A stretch of DNA of 64,000 nt from an uncultured Chloroflexia bacterium (GTDB taxonomy: Bacteria; Chloroflexota; Limnocylindria; Limnocylindrales; CSP1-4), in assembly GCA_963840375.1 (NCBI GenBank), contig CAWIYR010000001.1:588810-652809 (forward strand). The letters run 5' to 3'. Below are positions 38,658 to 48,878 of the stretch, in pieces. The position numbers and the translations under genes are program-made. How positions within the stretch are numbered: position 1 is the first letter of the stretch; each line of letters opens with the position of its first letter. The notes beneath the pieces were generated by a model that was given only the letters and a program-made list of their open reading frames with translations, was not told the origin of the DNA and did not search any database.

Positions 38658-39842
38658 GTGAACCGCTTCGAACCCAACTTGCGCATCCCCGGGCCGACGG
38701 CCCTGCCACCGACGGTCCGCGAGGCCGGCTCGCGCCAGATGATCAACCATCGCGGGCCGGAGTTCGCCGCGATGCTCGAGCGGATCATGTCCCGGATGAA
38801 GCCGTACTTCGGCACGACCGGCGACGTCGCGATCCTGTCCTGTGCCGGCACCGGGGGGCTCGAGGCCGCGGTCGTCAACGTCCTGTCGCCCGGCGACCGG
38901 GTCCTCGGCGTGTCGATCGGCTCGTTCGGCGACCGCTTCGCGAAGATCGCCTCGACCTACGGCGCCGAGGTCACGAAGCTCGCGGTGGAGTGGGGTGAGG
39001 CGGCCGATCCCAACGCCGTCCGGGAGGCCCTCGCCGCCGAGCCGGCCCCCGGGTACCGGGCGGTCCTGCTGACCCACAACGAGACGTCGACCGGGGTGAT
39101 GAACCCGATCCCCGCCCTGGCCGCCACGATCCGGGAGGTCGCCCCCGAGGCGCTCATCCTCGTCGACAGCGTCTCGGCCCTCGGCGCGGTCCCGTTCGAG
39201 ATGGACGCCTGGGGCATCGACGTCGTCGTGACCGGCTCGCAGAAGGCCTGGATGGCCGCCCCCGGACTGGCGATGGTCGCCGCCTCGGAGCGCGCCTGGG
39301 CGGCGATGGAGACCGCCTCGATGCCCCGCTTCTACCTGGATCTCGGCGCCCATCGCGACGCGCACGCCAAGGGCCAGACGCCGTGGACGCCGGCGATCGC
39401 CGTCGTCTACCAGGTGGACGAGGGCCTGGCGCTCATGGAGCGCGAGGGCGCCGCGGCGATCTTCGCCCGCCACGAGGCCTGCGCCGCTGCGGCCCGGGCC
39501 GGGCTGGTCGCGCTCGGCTTCGAGCTCTTCGCGGATCAGCAGGTCGCGTCTCGGACGGTGACCGCCGCGCGCGTCCCGGATGGCCTCGACTGGAAGGCGT
39601 TCAACGCCGACATCAGGGCCCGAGGGGTGATCCTGGCCGGGGGCCAGGGGAAGCTCACCGGGCTGGTCTTCCGGCTCGGACACCTCGGTTCGGTGACCCT
39701 CGGCGAGATCATCGATGCGATCGCCGTCCTCGAGGAAGTCTCGATCGCCCACGGCCGGCCGGTCGAGGCCGGCCGTGCCGTCGCGGCCACCCAGCGAGCC
39801 GCCCTCCAGTCGCTCGGACTGCTGGATCCGGTCGGCGCATGA
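38658..39842 (+). CDS. Class V aminotransferase (alanine-glyoxylate/serine-pyruvate type), probable phosphoserine aminotransferase
   Basis: IPGPT, NHRG, HNETSTG, VDSVS, GSQKAWM and TPWTP motifs. AGGAGG SD. Coupled to serA. Confidence 0.9.
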   Translation: MNRFEPNLRIPGPTALPPTVREAGSRQMINHRGPEFAAMLERIMSRMKPYFGTTGDVAILSCAGTGGLEAAVVNVLSPGDRVLGVSIGSFGDRFAKIASTYGAEVTKLAVEWGEAADPNAVREALAAEPAPGYRAVLLTHNETSTGVMNPIPALAATIREVAPEALILVDSVSALGAVPFEMDAWGIDVVVTGSQKAWMAAPGLAMVAASERAWAAMETASMPRFYLDLGAHRDAHAKGQTPWTPAIAVVYQVDEGLALMEREGAAAIFARHEACAAAARAGLVALGFELFADQQVASRTVTAARVPDGLDWKAFNADIRARGVILAGGQGKLTGLVFRLGHLGSVTLGEIIDAIAVLEEVSIAHGRPVEAGRAVAATQRAALQSLGLLDPVGA

Positions 39843-41422
39843 GGATCCTCGTCGCCGAGCCGGTCGCCCGTGAGGGGGTCGAGCTCCTGCGAGCGCACCA
39901 CGAGGTCGACGAGCGAGCGGGGCTGACCCGGACCGAGTACGCGGCCCTCCTCCCGGATTACGACGCGCTCGTCGTCCGGAGCCAGGTCCAGGTCGACGCC
40001 GAGCTCATCGCCGCCGGCAGCCGGCTCGTGGTCATCGGCCGGGCCGGGGTCGGGGTCGACAACGTCGACCTCGACGCGGCGACCCGCGCCGGGATCGTCG
40101 TGGTCAACGCCCCGACCGGTAACACGATCGCGGCCGCCGAGCACACCCTCGCCCTGCTCTACGCGCTCGCCCGCCGGGTGGCCGCCGCCGACGCCTCGGT
40201 CCGCCGGGGGGAATGGAAGCGGAGCCAGTTCACCGGTGTCGAGCTGCGGGGCAAGACGCTCGGGATCGTCGGTCTGGGCAAGATCGGCCAGGCGATCGCC
40301 AAGCGGGCCCGGGCGATGGAGATGACCGTCCTGGCGGTCGACCCGTTCGTCTCCGCCGAACAGGCCGCCCTCCACGGCGTGGAGCTCGTCGAGTTCGACG
40401 AGCTCCTGCCTCGGGCGGACGCGATCACCCTCCATGTCCCCCTCAGCCGATCGACCCGCGGTCTCATCGGCGGCGACGAGCTCGCCCGGATGAAGCCCGG
40501 AGCCTTCGTCCTGAACGTCGCCCGGGGCGGCGTCGTCGACGAGGCCGCCCTCGCGGCGGCCCTCCACGAAGGCCGGATCGGCGGCGCCGGGATCGACGTC
40601 TTCGAGCAGGAGCCACCGGTCGGGTCCCCGCTGCTCGACGCGCCGAACACCGTCCTGACCCCGCACCTCGGGGCGTCCACGGCCGAGGCCCAGGTCCTGG
40701 TGGCCGAGGAAGTCGCCGCCCAGATCCTCGATGTCCTCGACGGCCGGCCGGCCCGGTACGCGGTGAACGCCCCGCTGCTCACCCCCGAGACGGCCCGGGC
40801 GATCGCGCCGTACCTGCCCCTGGCCGAGATCCTCGGCAGCTTCTTCGCCCAGTTCAGCCGGACGGGCGTGAAGACGCTCACCCTGGAGGTGGCCGGCGAG
40901 CTGGCCGCCCATGACGTGACGCCGCTCACCGCGGCCGTCCTGCGGGGCCTGCTCGAGACGTCGACCACCGAACGGGTCAACCTGGTCAACGCCGGGGCGC
41001 TCGCCAAGGCGCGGGGGATCACCGTCGTCGAGCGGAAGACGCCGGAGGCCGGCCAGTTCGCCTCGCTGCTCACCCTGTCCGGGGAGAGCGACGGCGCGGT
41101 CACGACGATCGGCGGGACCGTCGCGGCGGGAGAGCCCCGGCTCGTCAGGCTCGAGGACTACTGGCTGGACATGGCCCCGACCGCGGCGATGCTCGTCACC
41201 CGCCACCACGACCGGCCGGGCACGATGGGCCGGATCGGGCTCATGCTCGGCGAGGCCGACGTGAACATCAGCGCGATGCACCTCGCCCGGTCGGCACCGC
41301 GGGCGGACGCGCTGATGATCCTCGCTGTCGACGAGGAGGTCCCGGCCCAGGTGGCCGACGCGATCCGGGCGAACGAGGCGGTCCTGGACGTCTGGACGAT
41401 CCGATTGGGGACCGCGCGCTGA
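39839..41422 (+). CDS. serA: D-3-phosphoglycerate dehydrogenase (long form, ASB+ACT)
   Basis: GRAGVGVDNVD, NAPTGNT, GLGKIG, NVARGG, PHLGASTAEAQ and HHDRPG ACT motifs. Confidence 0.96.
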   Translation: MRILVAEPVAREGVELLRAHHEVDERAGLTRTEYAALLPDYDALVVRSQVQVDAELIAAGSRLVVIGRAGVGVDNVDLDAATRAGIVVVNAPTGNTIAAAEHTLALLYALARRVAAADASVRRGEWKRSQFTGVELRGKTLGIVGLGKIGQAIAKRARAMEMTVLAVDPFVSAEQAALHGVELVEFDELLPRADAITLHVPLSRSTRGLIGGDELARMKPGAFVLNVARGGVVDEAALAAALHEGRIGGAGIDVFEQEPPVGSPLLDAPNTVLTPHLGASTAEAQVLVAEEVAAQILDVLDGRPARYAVNAPLLTPETARAIAPYLPLAEILGSFFAQFSRTGVKTLTLEVAGELAAHDVTPLTAAVLRGLLETSTTERVNLVNAGALAKARGITVVERKTPEAGQFASLLTLSGESDGAVTTIGGTVAAGEPRLVRLEDYWLDMAPTAAMLVTRHHDRPGTMGRIGLMLGEADVNISAMHLARSAPRADALMILAVDEEVPAQVADAIRANEAVLDVWTIRLGTAR

Positions 41423-42282
41423 ACGACCGGCCACTGCCGATCCCGCCGGGTCTCGTCGCGAGCCTCGTCCTGCTCCGTCACGGCGAATCGCAGGCCATCG
41501 TCGAGGGGCGCTTCCAGGGTCGCCTCGACACGCCGCTCTCCCAGCTGGGGCTGCGCCAGGCGGCCGCGGCCGGGCGACGTCTCGCCGACCCGGCGGCGCC
41601 GCCCCGGATCCCCGTCCCCGCCGGGCCGCCGATCGAGATCGCCCACTCGCCGCTCGGGCGGACGCGCCAGACCGCCGAGGCCGTCGCCGCGGCCTTCGCC
41701 GCGCGTCGGGAGACCGGTCGCGACCCGGCGCCGCCGCTGCGGGCCGAGCCCGGCCTGCTGGAGCTGGGCCAGGGCGAATGGGAAGGCCTGCCGATGGCCA
41801 GGGTCGTGAGCGATCATCGAGAGGCCCTCGAGGCATGGCGGACCCGCCCGCACGAAGCTCAGGCTCCCGGCGGCGAGCCGGTGGTCGTCGCCGCGGCCCG
41901 GGCTCGCTCGGCCCTCGAGGCGGCGGTGGCCCGGCTCGCCGCCGCCGGTGACGGGTCGGCGACCGGTCGGCTCCAGACGGGCGGCTATCCGGCGGCCCAC
42001 GGACCGGATGCGCCGTGGACCCTGCTGGTCGGGCACGACGGGATCTTCAAGACCGCGCTGCTCGCCCTGTTCGGGCTCCCCCTCGAGCGCTTCTGGATGT
42101 TCCCCTGGAGCCTCACCGGGATCACCGTCGTCGAGCTCGTCGACGGGCGAGCGGTCCTCCGCGCCCACAACCTGACCGATCACCTCGAGACCCTCCAGGC
42201 CGCCGGCGAGCCGTCGACGGCCGCGGGCGAGGCGGCCAGCGAGGGCGAGGCGACCGCCCGGGAGCGGACCGGCTCGCTCTAG
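41419..42282 (+). CDS. Histidine phosphatase family protein (probable phosphoserine phosphatase), inferred CTG start
   Basis: The frame is open from CTG 41419 and reads LLRHGES...FQG...SPLGRTRQTA...GEWEG...GGE...VGHDG. The ORF track starts only at the internal ATG 41794. Confidence 0.85.
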   Translation: MNDRPLPIPPGLVASLVLLRHGESQAIVEGRFQGRLDTPLSQLGLRQAAAAGRRLADPAAPPRIPVPAGPPIEIAHSPLGRTRQTAEAVAAAFAARRETGRDPAPPLRAEPGLLELGQGEWEGLPMARVVSDHREALEAWRTRPHEAQAPGGEPVVVAAARARSALEAAVARLAAAGDGSATGRLQTGGYPAAHGPDAPWTLLVGHDGIFKTALLALFGLPLERFWMFPWSLTGITVVELVDGRAVLRAHNLTDHLETLQAAGEPSTAAGEAASEGEATARERTGSL

Positions 42283-42291
42283 TCGGGTCGT

Positions 42292-44649
42292 TCAGCGGCG
42301 GCGCCGCGGCCGTGCGCTCCGACGGAAGATGAGCGCCAGCAGGGCCACCCGGAGCCGGCGCTGGGCGTCGCGGATCGCCCGCAATCGCTCGTCGGGGATC
42401 TCCCGGCGCCCGTAGGCGACCTCGACCTTCGCCCGGGCCACCGTCTGGAGGTCCGGTCGGGCGTTGGGCAGGACCTCGCCCAGGGAGGCGCTGTACTCGT
42501 ACACGGTCTGGTTCGGCCGAGGGGCGAAGCCGAAGCGTCGGGCCAGCCCCACGACGCCGCGCCAGGCGGCATCCGGCTCCACCGGTTTGCGCGGACCGCG
42601 CTGCCAGGCGACGAAGACCAGCCCGCCCATCGCCACCGCGAGGAGGAGTCCGACCACGACGAAGGGGCCGCTCCCCGGGCTGCCCGGCGAGCCGGTGGTG
42701 CCGCCGGCCCCGGCCCGGTCGGACTCGCCCGGGCGAAGGCTCCGCCGGGGATCGGTCTCGTTATCGGTCGATCCCGACGGTCGCGGGCTCTTCGGGGCGG
42801 CGGTGACCCGGGGCCCCTGCGGCAGCGGGACATCCTGGCCGACCGGTCCCGCGGTCGGGTCGAAGCTCACCCAGCCGTAGTCGGGGAAGTAGACCTCCAC
42901 CCAGGCGTGAGAGTTGCTGTTCCGGATGGTCTGGAACCCCTGGGCGTCGCGCTCGCTGGGCAGGAACCCTTCCGCGAACCGGGCCGGGACGCCCTGCATC
43001 CGCAGGAGCCCGACCATCGCGCTGGCGAAGTGCTGGCAGTAGCCCACCTTGGACTTGGCGAAGCACTCGACCACGTTCAACGCGCCGCAGTCGATGTCGG
43101 TGACGTCGGCCCGGTAGGTGAACCCGCCGTCCTTCGTGAGGTAGTCGGTGATCGCCCGAGCCTTGTCGTAGGCGTTGCCCTGCTTCTCCGGGTAGCGAGC
43201 GACGATCTTGTCGAGAAGCGCCTTCAGCTCCGGCCCCTGGAGGGCCGGGCCGCCGTCCAGGTAGAGCGCCCGGACGCTGGCGGGGTAGTCCGTTCCGGCC
43301 ACCTCGAGCTGGCTCGCGGTCAGTCCGTTGACCGGGTCCTTGAGGTAGTCGACCGGGACCATGGCCTTGACCGTATAGGCATTCGCGTCGGCGTACAGAC
43401 CGGCGAAATGGCTGGTCCCGGCTCCGCCGGCGGGGGGACTCACCGTGGTCAGCCGCGAGTCGACCGATACCGAGACCGGCTCACCCGGAGCGAAGATCGA
43501 TTGCGGGTCGAGATCCAGCTCGCGGACGTCGATCGAGACCTGGCGAGCCCCCCGCTGGTTGAGCGGATTGTCGGCGGACTCACCGAGGAGCCCGTTGTCC
43601 GCCTTGACGTCCTCCTCGGACGGCTTCGACCACGTCCACTGGTAGCCGTCGAACCGGTCGTAGGCGACGGCCCGCCAGAGGTAGTGCTCGTCATCCGGGA
43701 CCTTGATCTCGAGGACCGGCGTCCCGTCGGTGGTCCAGCTCCCCCTGATCGGGGCGGTACCCGAGAAGTCGACCGCGGTGAACCGGGTCCCCTGCCCCGC
43801 CACCCGGAAGACCCGCTGGACCTCGCGGCCGACATCGATGAAACGCTGGTCGGCGCCCCGCCAGAACGACGCCAGCGGTTGGGAGCGGGCGGTGCCGGTG
43901 AGGAACAGCGAGAGGATGACGGCGCCGGCCACGAAGACCGTCCCGCCGCGCAGGTAGAGACCGCCCAGGGCCGTCGCGTCGCCGATCCGCCGGCGGAGCC
44001 AGAGCGTCCGCTCGTCGTAGGCATGGAAGCGGATGAGCAGGAAGAGCCCGGCCAGGCTGTAGACGACGAGATAGAAGAGCTGGTCGACGATGGTCAGCGA
44101 CATGCTCGCGACCAGCCCCACCCCGATCACGATGACCGCGTTGAGCGGTCGCCGGTGGTGGAACGTGACGTAGGCCGCGTACTGACCGGTGCCCCAAGCC
44201 AGGAGCCCGAGGACGAGCAGGAAGTGGCCGATCTGGGTCGTGGCCGGAAGGCCGCGGAACGCGATGTCCAGGTAGGCCTCGACGGAGGATGCCGCGGTCG
44301 CGTGGAACCACTCGGCCGGGCCGCCCACGCCGCGCCCGACGACCGAGCCGGCCATCATCGCCACGAGCAGGACCCCGAGGACCGCCCCGAGCAGGTGGGC
44401 CAGCCAGCGCGACCAGCCGACCTTGGCGCTCAGGAAGCCCCAGGCTACGCCCAGCCCGATCGCCCAGGCCAGGAAGTCCGTCTGACCCTTCGGGCCGGGG
44501 ACCCAGTTCGGATCGTTCACCGACCAGGCGAAGGTCAGGCACAGGAGGAGGACGAGCCCGAGGGTCGTCCAGCCCTCCTCCGGGGCGAGCACGGGTCGTC
44601 GCCTCTCGGTGGACTCGGCCTGGACCGTCCCGAAGGTCGCGGCGGTCAT
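42292..44649 (-). CDS. Membrane transglutaminase-like protein (DUF3488/TgpA type)
   Basis: Multiple N-terminal TMs, LWRAVAYD, GYCQHFASAM, SHAWVEVYF, SFDPT, and a C-terminal TM plus DUF4129-like tail. Confidence 0.9.
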   Translation of the reverse strand: MTAATFGTVQAESTERRRPVLAPEEGWTTLGLVLLLCLTFAWSVNDPNWVPGPKGQTDFLAWAIGLGVAWGFLSAKVGWSRWLAHLLGAVLGVLLVAMMAGSVVGRGVGGPAEWFHATAASSVEAYLDIAFRGLPATTQIGHFLLVLGLLAWGTGQYAAYVTFHHRRPLNAVIVIGVGLVASMSLTIVDQLFYLVVYSLAGLFLLIRFHAYDERTLWLRRRIGDATALGGLYLRGGTVFVAGAVILSLFLTGTARSQPLASFWRGADQRFIDVGREVQRVFRVAGQGTRFTAVDFSGTAPIRGSWTTDGTPVLEIKVPDDEHYLWRAVAYDRFDGYQWTWSKPSEEDVKADNGLLGESADNPLNQRGARQVSIDVRELDLDPQSIFAPGEPVSVSVDSRLTTVSPPAGGAGTSHFAGLYADANAYTVKAMVPVDYLKDPVNGLTASQLEVAGTDYPASVRALYLDGGPALQGPELKALLDKIVARYPEKQGNAYDKARAITDYLTKDGGFTYRADVTDIDCGALNVVECFAKSKVGYCQHFASAMVGLLRMQGVPARFAEGFLPSERDAQGFQTIRNSNSHAWVEVYFPDYGWVSFDPTAGPVGQDVPLPQGPRVTAAPKSPRPSGSTDNETDPRRSLRPGESDRAGAGGTTGSPGSPGSGPFVVVGLLLAVAMGGLVFVAWQRGPRKPVEPDAAWRGVVGLARRFGFAPRPNQTVYEYSASLGEVLPNARPDLQTVARAKVEVAYGRREIPDERLRAIRDAQRRLRVALLALIFRRSARPRRRR

Positions 44650-44656
44650 CGCGCCT

Positions 44657-45910
44657 TCACCGGCCGGCCAGCTGCTCGCCGAGGGATGCCCCGGCGACGA
44701 TCCGGTACGTCTTGAGGTCGTACTCGGCGAGGGTGTGACGGAGGGCCTTGAGCTGGGCGTCGCCCTCGGGATCGGGCTCCGGCGGGACGGCTTCGTGACC
44801 CGGCGCCCGGAACCGGTTCATCGACGCCGCGACCGCGCTGCGGGCGTCGACGGCGAGCACGACACAGGTGACCCCGCGGCCCCGCAACCCGGCGAGCGGA
44901 CGCACCCAGCCCCGGTCGATCGAGGAGGTGATGATCACCGCGGTCATCCCGCGGCGCAGGCGGGCGAGCCCGGTGACCAGACCCTCGACGAGCGGCTGGG
45001 TGCCGTCGGCGTCGACCGCCGCGAGGAGCTGCATGATCTTGAGATGCTGGCGGCCGCCGCGATCGGCCTGGAGCACGGACATCCGGTGACCGAAGACGGT
45101 CATCCCCACGGCCCGGTTCTCCTGGAGCGACCGGTCGGCGATCGAGGCGGCCGTCCGGATCGCGACCTCCCCGGTCGACTCCTCGCCGGTCCCCGCCTGC
45201 ACCCGGGCGTCGAGGTCGAGGAAGATCCACACGTCCGCGGTCTGCTCCAGGTCGAACTCCTTGACCTGGATCTCGCCGTGCCGGGCGGTCGACTTCCAGT
45301 GGATCCGGTTCATGCTGTCGCCCGGGGCGTAGGGTCGGACGGTCGTCGCCAGCGGGCTCGTCTGGAGCGTCCGCTCGGGAGCGGCATGACTGCCCTCGAG
45401 GTTGGCCGATGGCAGGCGCCAGAGTGGCAGCGGATCGACCCGCGGATACACCACCAGGGTCACCGCCTGGCCGACCGTCGCCGAGGCCTCGAAGAAGCCG
45501 AACGGGTCCCCGGTCCGGACCTGGAGCGGCTCGATCCGGAAGTGGCCCCGCCGGGTGAGCGGCACCTTGGCCACCCAGCTCCGCTCGCCGCGATGACCGA
45601 GCGAGATCGCCCGGCCCGGGATCGCGACGGGCAGGCTCGTCGGGTTGTAGACCTCGAGCCAGGGCTTCGGGAGCCGACCGGCGTTGCGCAGGGTGTAGGT
45701 CACCCGGAGCTGCTCGCCGACGTGCCCCTGGAGCTGGCCGACGGCGTAGCCGGCCTCGAGGTCAGCCAGCCCCAGCCGGGTCAGGACGTAGCTCCCGCCG
45801 ACGACGAGGATCGCCAGGTAGAGGAGATAGAAGAGGAACGGGAGCGCGGTCGAGAATGCCGCGACGACGAGCACGAGCGCGAGGACGAGGTACTCGATGC
45901 GCCGGATCAT
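44657..45910 (-). CDS. DUF58 domain protein
   Basis: RRGHF, DPFG, VRPYAPGDSMNRIHWKSTAR and VKEFD motifs. Confidence 0.92.
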   Translation of the reverse strand: MIRRIEYLVLALVLVVAAFSTALPFLFYLLYLAILVVGGSYVLTRLGLADLEAGYAVGQLQGHVGEQLRVTYTLRNAGRLPKPWLEVYNPTSLPVAIPGRAISLGHRGERSWVAKVPLTRRGHFRIEPLQVRTGDPFGFFEASATVGQAVTLVVYPRVDPLPLWRLPSANLEGSHAAPERTLQTSPLATTVRPYAPGDSMNRIHWKSTARHGEIQVKEFDLEQTADVWIFLDLDARVQAGTGEESTGEVAIRTAASIADRSLQENRAVGMTVFGHRMSVLQADRGGRQHLKIMQLLAAVDADGTQPLVEGLVTGLARLRRGMTAVIITSSIDRGWVRPLAGLRGRGVTCVVLAVDARSAVAASMNRFRAPGHEAVPPEPDPEGDAQLKALRHTLAEYDLKTYRIVAGASLGEQLAGR

Positions 45911-45943
45911 CGGAGGGTCGCCCGATCCATCAGTCCGCGGCGA

Positions 45944-46957
45944 TCAGGGTCGCGTCCCGCGCTCGGCCGTCTCGGGCGCGGTCGCGGCGATCGTCCGCGG
46001 GCCGCCGACGGGCGCCCGGACCGGCTCCACGGGCAGGGTGTCGAGGAGCTCGCGGACCACCTGGCCGGCCTGGATGTCGTGGATCGTGGAGCTCGTCTTG
46101 ATGATCAGGCGGTGGGCCAGGGCCGGCTCGGCGAGAGCCTTCACGTCGTCCGGGATGACGTAGTCCCGGCCGAGCAGGCCGGCCAGCGCCTGGCTCGCCC
46201 GGTAGAGGGCGATCGACCCGCGGGGCGAGGCCCCGAGGTAGACGTCGGGATGATTCCGGGTCCCGTTCACGAGGCGGACGATGTAGTCGCTGACCGCCGA
46301 CTCGACGTGGATCTCCCGGACGGCCGCCTGGAGATCGCGGAGCTCCTCGAGGCCGACCACCTCCCCGAGATCGTCCAGCGGATGGGTCCGCTTCTGCTCG
46401 TCGAGGATGACGATCTCGTCGATCGGCTGGGGATAGCCCATCCGGATCCGGAGCATGAACCGGTCGAGCTGCGCCTCCGGCAGCGCGAACGTGCCCTCGT
46501 ACTCGATCGGGTTCTGGGTGGCGATGACGAGGAACGGGTCGGGCATCAGGTGGGTGATCCCGTCGATCGTCGACTGGCGCTCGTCCATGCACTCGAGAAG
46601 GCTCGACTGCGTCTTCGGGGTCGCCCGGTTGATCTCGTCGGCGAGGACCACCTGGGCCATGATCGGGCCCGGACGGAACTCGAACTCCTGGGTCTTCTGG
46701 TTGTAGATCGAGAGGCCGGTCACGTCGGACGGGAGGAGGTCCGGGGTGAACTGGATCCGCCGGAAGGAGCAGCCGAGGCTGCGGGCGATCGCCTTGGCCA
46801 TGACGGTCTTCCCGGTGCCCGGGACGTCCTCGATGAGCAGGTGGCCGCGGCACATGAGCGCGACGAGGGCGAGACGCACCTCATTGTGCTTGCCGACGAT
46901 CACCCGCTCGACGTTCGAGACGACCTTCTCGCCGGTCTCCTGGATCTTCGTCGTCAT
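45944..46957 (-). CDS. moxR: MoxR family AAA+ ATPase
   Basis: [40 protein letters not shown] and LPEAQLDRF motifs. Confidence 0.96.
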   Translation of the reverse strand: MTTKIQETGEKVVSNVERVIVGKHNEVRLALVALMCRGHLLIEDVPGTGKTVMAKAIARSLGCSFRRIQFTPDLLPSDVTGLSIYNQKTQEFEFRPGPIMAQVVLADEINRATPKTQSSLLECMDERQSTIDGITHLMPDPFLVIATQNPIEYEGTFALPEAQLDRFMLRIRMGYPQPIDEIVILDEQKRTHPLDDLGEVVGLEELRDLQAAVREIHVESAVSDYIVRLVNGTRNHPDVYLGASPRGSIALYRASQALAGLLGRDYVIPDDVKALAEPALAHRLIIKTSSTIHDIQAGQVVRELLDTLPVEPVRAPVGGPRTIAATAPETAERGTRP

Positions 46958-47110
46958 CGGTCCCCTCTTGGTCGCCCGACGTCGGGTGCGTCGGACTCAC
47001 GGTCTGGGCTGGAGGGCGCGGCGTGGGCCCACCGGCGGTGGGGCGGCCCGGAGTGTCGACAGATAGTACGTCCGGCGCGTCTTCGTGGTTCGCGAGGGGT
47101 CTCGCGGGAC

Positions 47111-47144
47111 GACCGTCGACCCGACCCGGTCGGGGTCGACGGTC
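47111..47144 (-). terminator. Long inverted repeat at the end of the fha-rodA-pbp operon
   Basis: GACCGTCGACCC-GAC-ccg-GTC-g-GGGTCGACGGTC, abutting the stop of the last gene. Confidence 0.6.
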
Positions 47145-47364
47145 ACCGACGGAAGAGCGTGACACCCCCGACCCACAGGGTCATCAGGCAGCCGACCGCA
47201 CCCATCACCCCGAGGAACGGCTCACCCAGGCTGAAGGCCGCCACAGCCACGAACCCGAAGAGCACGGCGAAGACGATCGCGATCGCCGCGAGGCCGAGGC
47301 GCTCGATGAGCGGTCGGCCGCGCGTCGGCTCCGTGGGTCGCTCGGGATCGGGTGCGGCGCTCAT
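47143..47364 (-). CDS. Small 2-TM hypothetical protein
   Basis: MSAAPDPE...LGLAAIAIVFAVLFG...FLGVMGAVGCLMTLWVGG. ATGA overlap with the pbp stop. Confidence 0.72.
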   Translation of the reverse strand: MSAAPDPERPTEPTRGRPLIERLGLAAIAIVFAVLFGFVAVAAFSLGEPFLGVMGAVGCLMTLWVGGVTLFRR

Positions 47365-48878
47365 CGGCCGACCGTCGCGAAGTACTTCGCCAGCATCGCG
47401 CCGGCGACCGGGGAGGCCTTCTCCGAGCCGCTCCCGCCCGATTCCACGATGACCGCGATGACGACCTTGGGATCGTCGGCGGGGGCGTAGCCGATGAACC
47501 ACGAGTGGGGCTTGGCCGAGCCGTCGAGCTGGGCCGTCCCACTCTTGCCGGCGACGACGACGCCCCGGACCTGCGCCCCGGCCGTGAACTGCCGGCCGTC
47601 GTCCCCTTCGACGGCCTGGACCATGGCCGAGCCGATCTGCCCCGCCACCTCGGGTGAGATGACCGTCCGCCAGACCTCCGGTCCGTAGGTCGTCGAGCCG
47701 CCAGAGCCGCTCAGCCCGGTGACGAGCCGTGGCTTCATGAGCACGCCGTGGTTCGCCACGGTCGAGGCCACGAGCGCCATCTGAAGCGGTGTCACGAGCG
47801 TCTCCCCCTGCCCGTAGGCCGCATTGGCGAGTTCGACGTCGTCGGCGAACCCGCCCCCGAACGCGCCGCCGCCGTTCGTGACCTGGCTGGTGGCCGTCGG
47901 CAGGTCGAACGGGATCGCGGCCCCGAAGCCGAGCTTCGCCGCCCACGACGCGAGCCCATCGCCACCGGTCGCCAGCCCGGAGAGGGCGAAGTAGATGTTG
48001 CACGACACCTCGATCGCCTTCTGGAACGCCAGCGGTGTGGACCCCGTGAACGGATGGTGTCCGTCGCGGATGCGGAAGCCGGAGACGAGCAGGCCGTTCT
48101 TCTCTGCCGGCGGCTGCCGGGCGAACGTCGTGGACGGGGTGATCGCGCCGGAGCCGAGGGCGGCGATCGAGGTGACGATCTTGAACACCGAGCCGGGCAC
48201 GTAGCGGCCCTGGATCGCCCGGTCGATGAGGGGCCGGTCCGGGTCGCTCGAGACCGCCTTGAATGCGGCCCGGGCCGTGCTCGGATCGGCGATCGCCCCG
48301 GCGTCGTAGGTCGGGGTCGAGGCCATGACCATGACCTCGCCCGTCTTCGGGTCGAGCATGACCACGGCGCCCCGAGCGTCACCCAGCCGGCGGACCGCCT
48401 CGGTCTGCAGGTCGAGCGAGAGACCGAGCTGGAGATCCTGTGGCCGGAAGCGGTCCGCGCCGAACTTCGACAGCAGCTCGTCGACCGGGTCGAGCCGACG
48501 CAGTCCGCTGAGCTCGGCGTCGAAGGCCCGCTCCAGGCCGGCCGTCCCGTAGATCCGCGACGCATACCCGATGAGCGGGGCGACCGCCCGGCTCGGATAG
48601 GTCCGGACCGATTCTCCATTGCGGTCCTTCTTCGAGGTCGCCAGGACCCTGCCGTCGCGGTCGAGGATCCGGCCACGGACGACCTGCCGGGACGCCGCGA
48701 TGAGGAGCGGGTCGTCGGGTCGACCGACCAGGTCCGCCGAGCGGACCACCTGCCAGTAGCCGGCCCCGGCGGCGATGAACGCGAAGGCGACGACGAGGAC
48801 GAGCCACAGCCGGACCACGCCACGGCCGACCGGCGGCATCGCCCGGGGTCCGGCCCCGCGGGCGGGCGGGCCGGTCAC
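47361..48878 (-). CDS. pbpA: Class B penicillin-binding protein (PbpA-like transpeptidase)
   Basis: N-terminal TM, RGRILDRDG, PGSVFK (SxxK), SCN (SxN) and KSG motifs. GTG 48878 overlaps the rodA stop; alternative start ATG 48839. Confidence 0.92.
   Translation of the reverse strand: MTGPPARGAGPRAMPPVGRGVVRLWLVLVVAFAFIAAGAGYWQVVRSADLVGRPDDPLLIAASRQVVRGRILDRDGRVLATSKKDRNGESVRTYPSRAVAPLIGYASRIYGTAGLERAFDAELSGLRRLDPVDELLSKFGADRFRPQDLQLGLSLDLQTEAVRRLGDARGAVVMLDPKTGEVMVMASTPTYDAGAIADPSTARAAFKAVSSDPDRPLIDRAIQGRYVPGSVFKIVTSIAALGSGAITPSTTFARQPPAEKNGLLVSGFRIRDGHHPFTGSTPLAFQKAIEVSCNIYFALSGLATGGDGLASWAAKLGFGAAIPFDLPTATSQVTNGGGAFGGGFADDVELANAAYGQGETLVTPLQMALVASTVANHGVLMKPRLVTGLSGSGGSTTYGPEVWRTVISPEVAGQIGSAMVQAVEGDDGRQFTAGAQVRGVVVAGKSGTAQLDGSAKPHSWFIGYAPADDPKVVIAVIVESGGSGSEKASPVAGAMLAKYFATVGR

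Noticed and set aside
42292-46957. MoxR-DUF58-transglutaminase operon as a novel system
   Set aside because: This is a widespread, already described gene triad, and the catalytic Cys-His-Asp and all motifs look ordinary.
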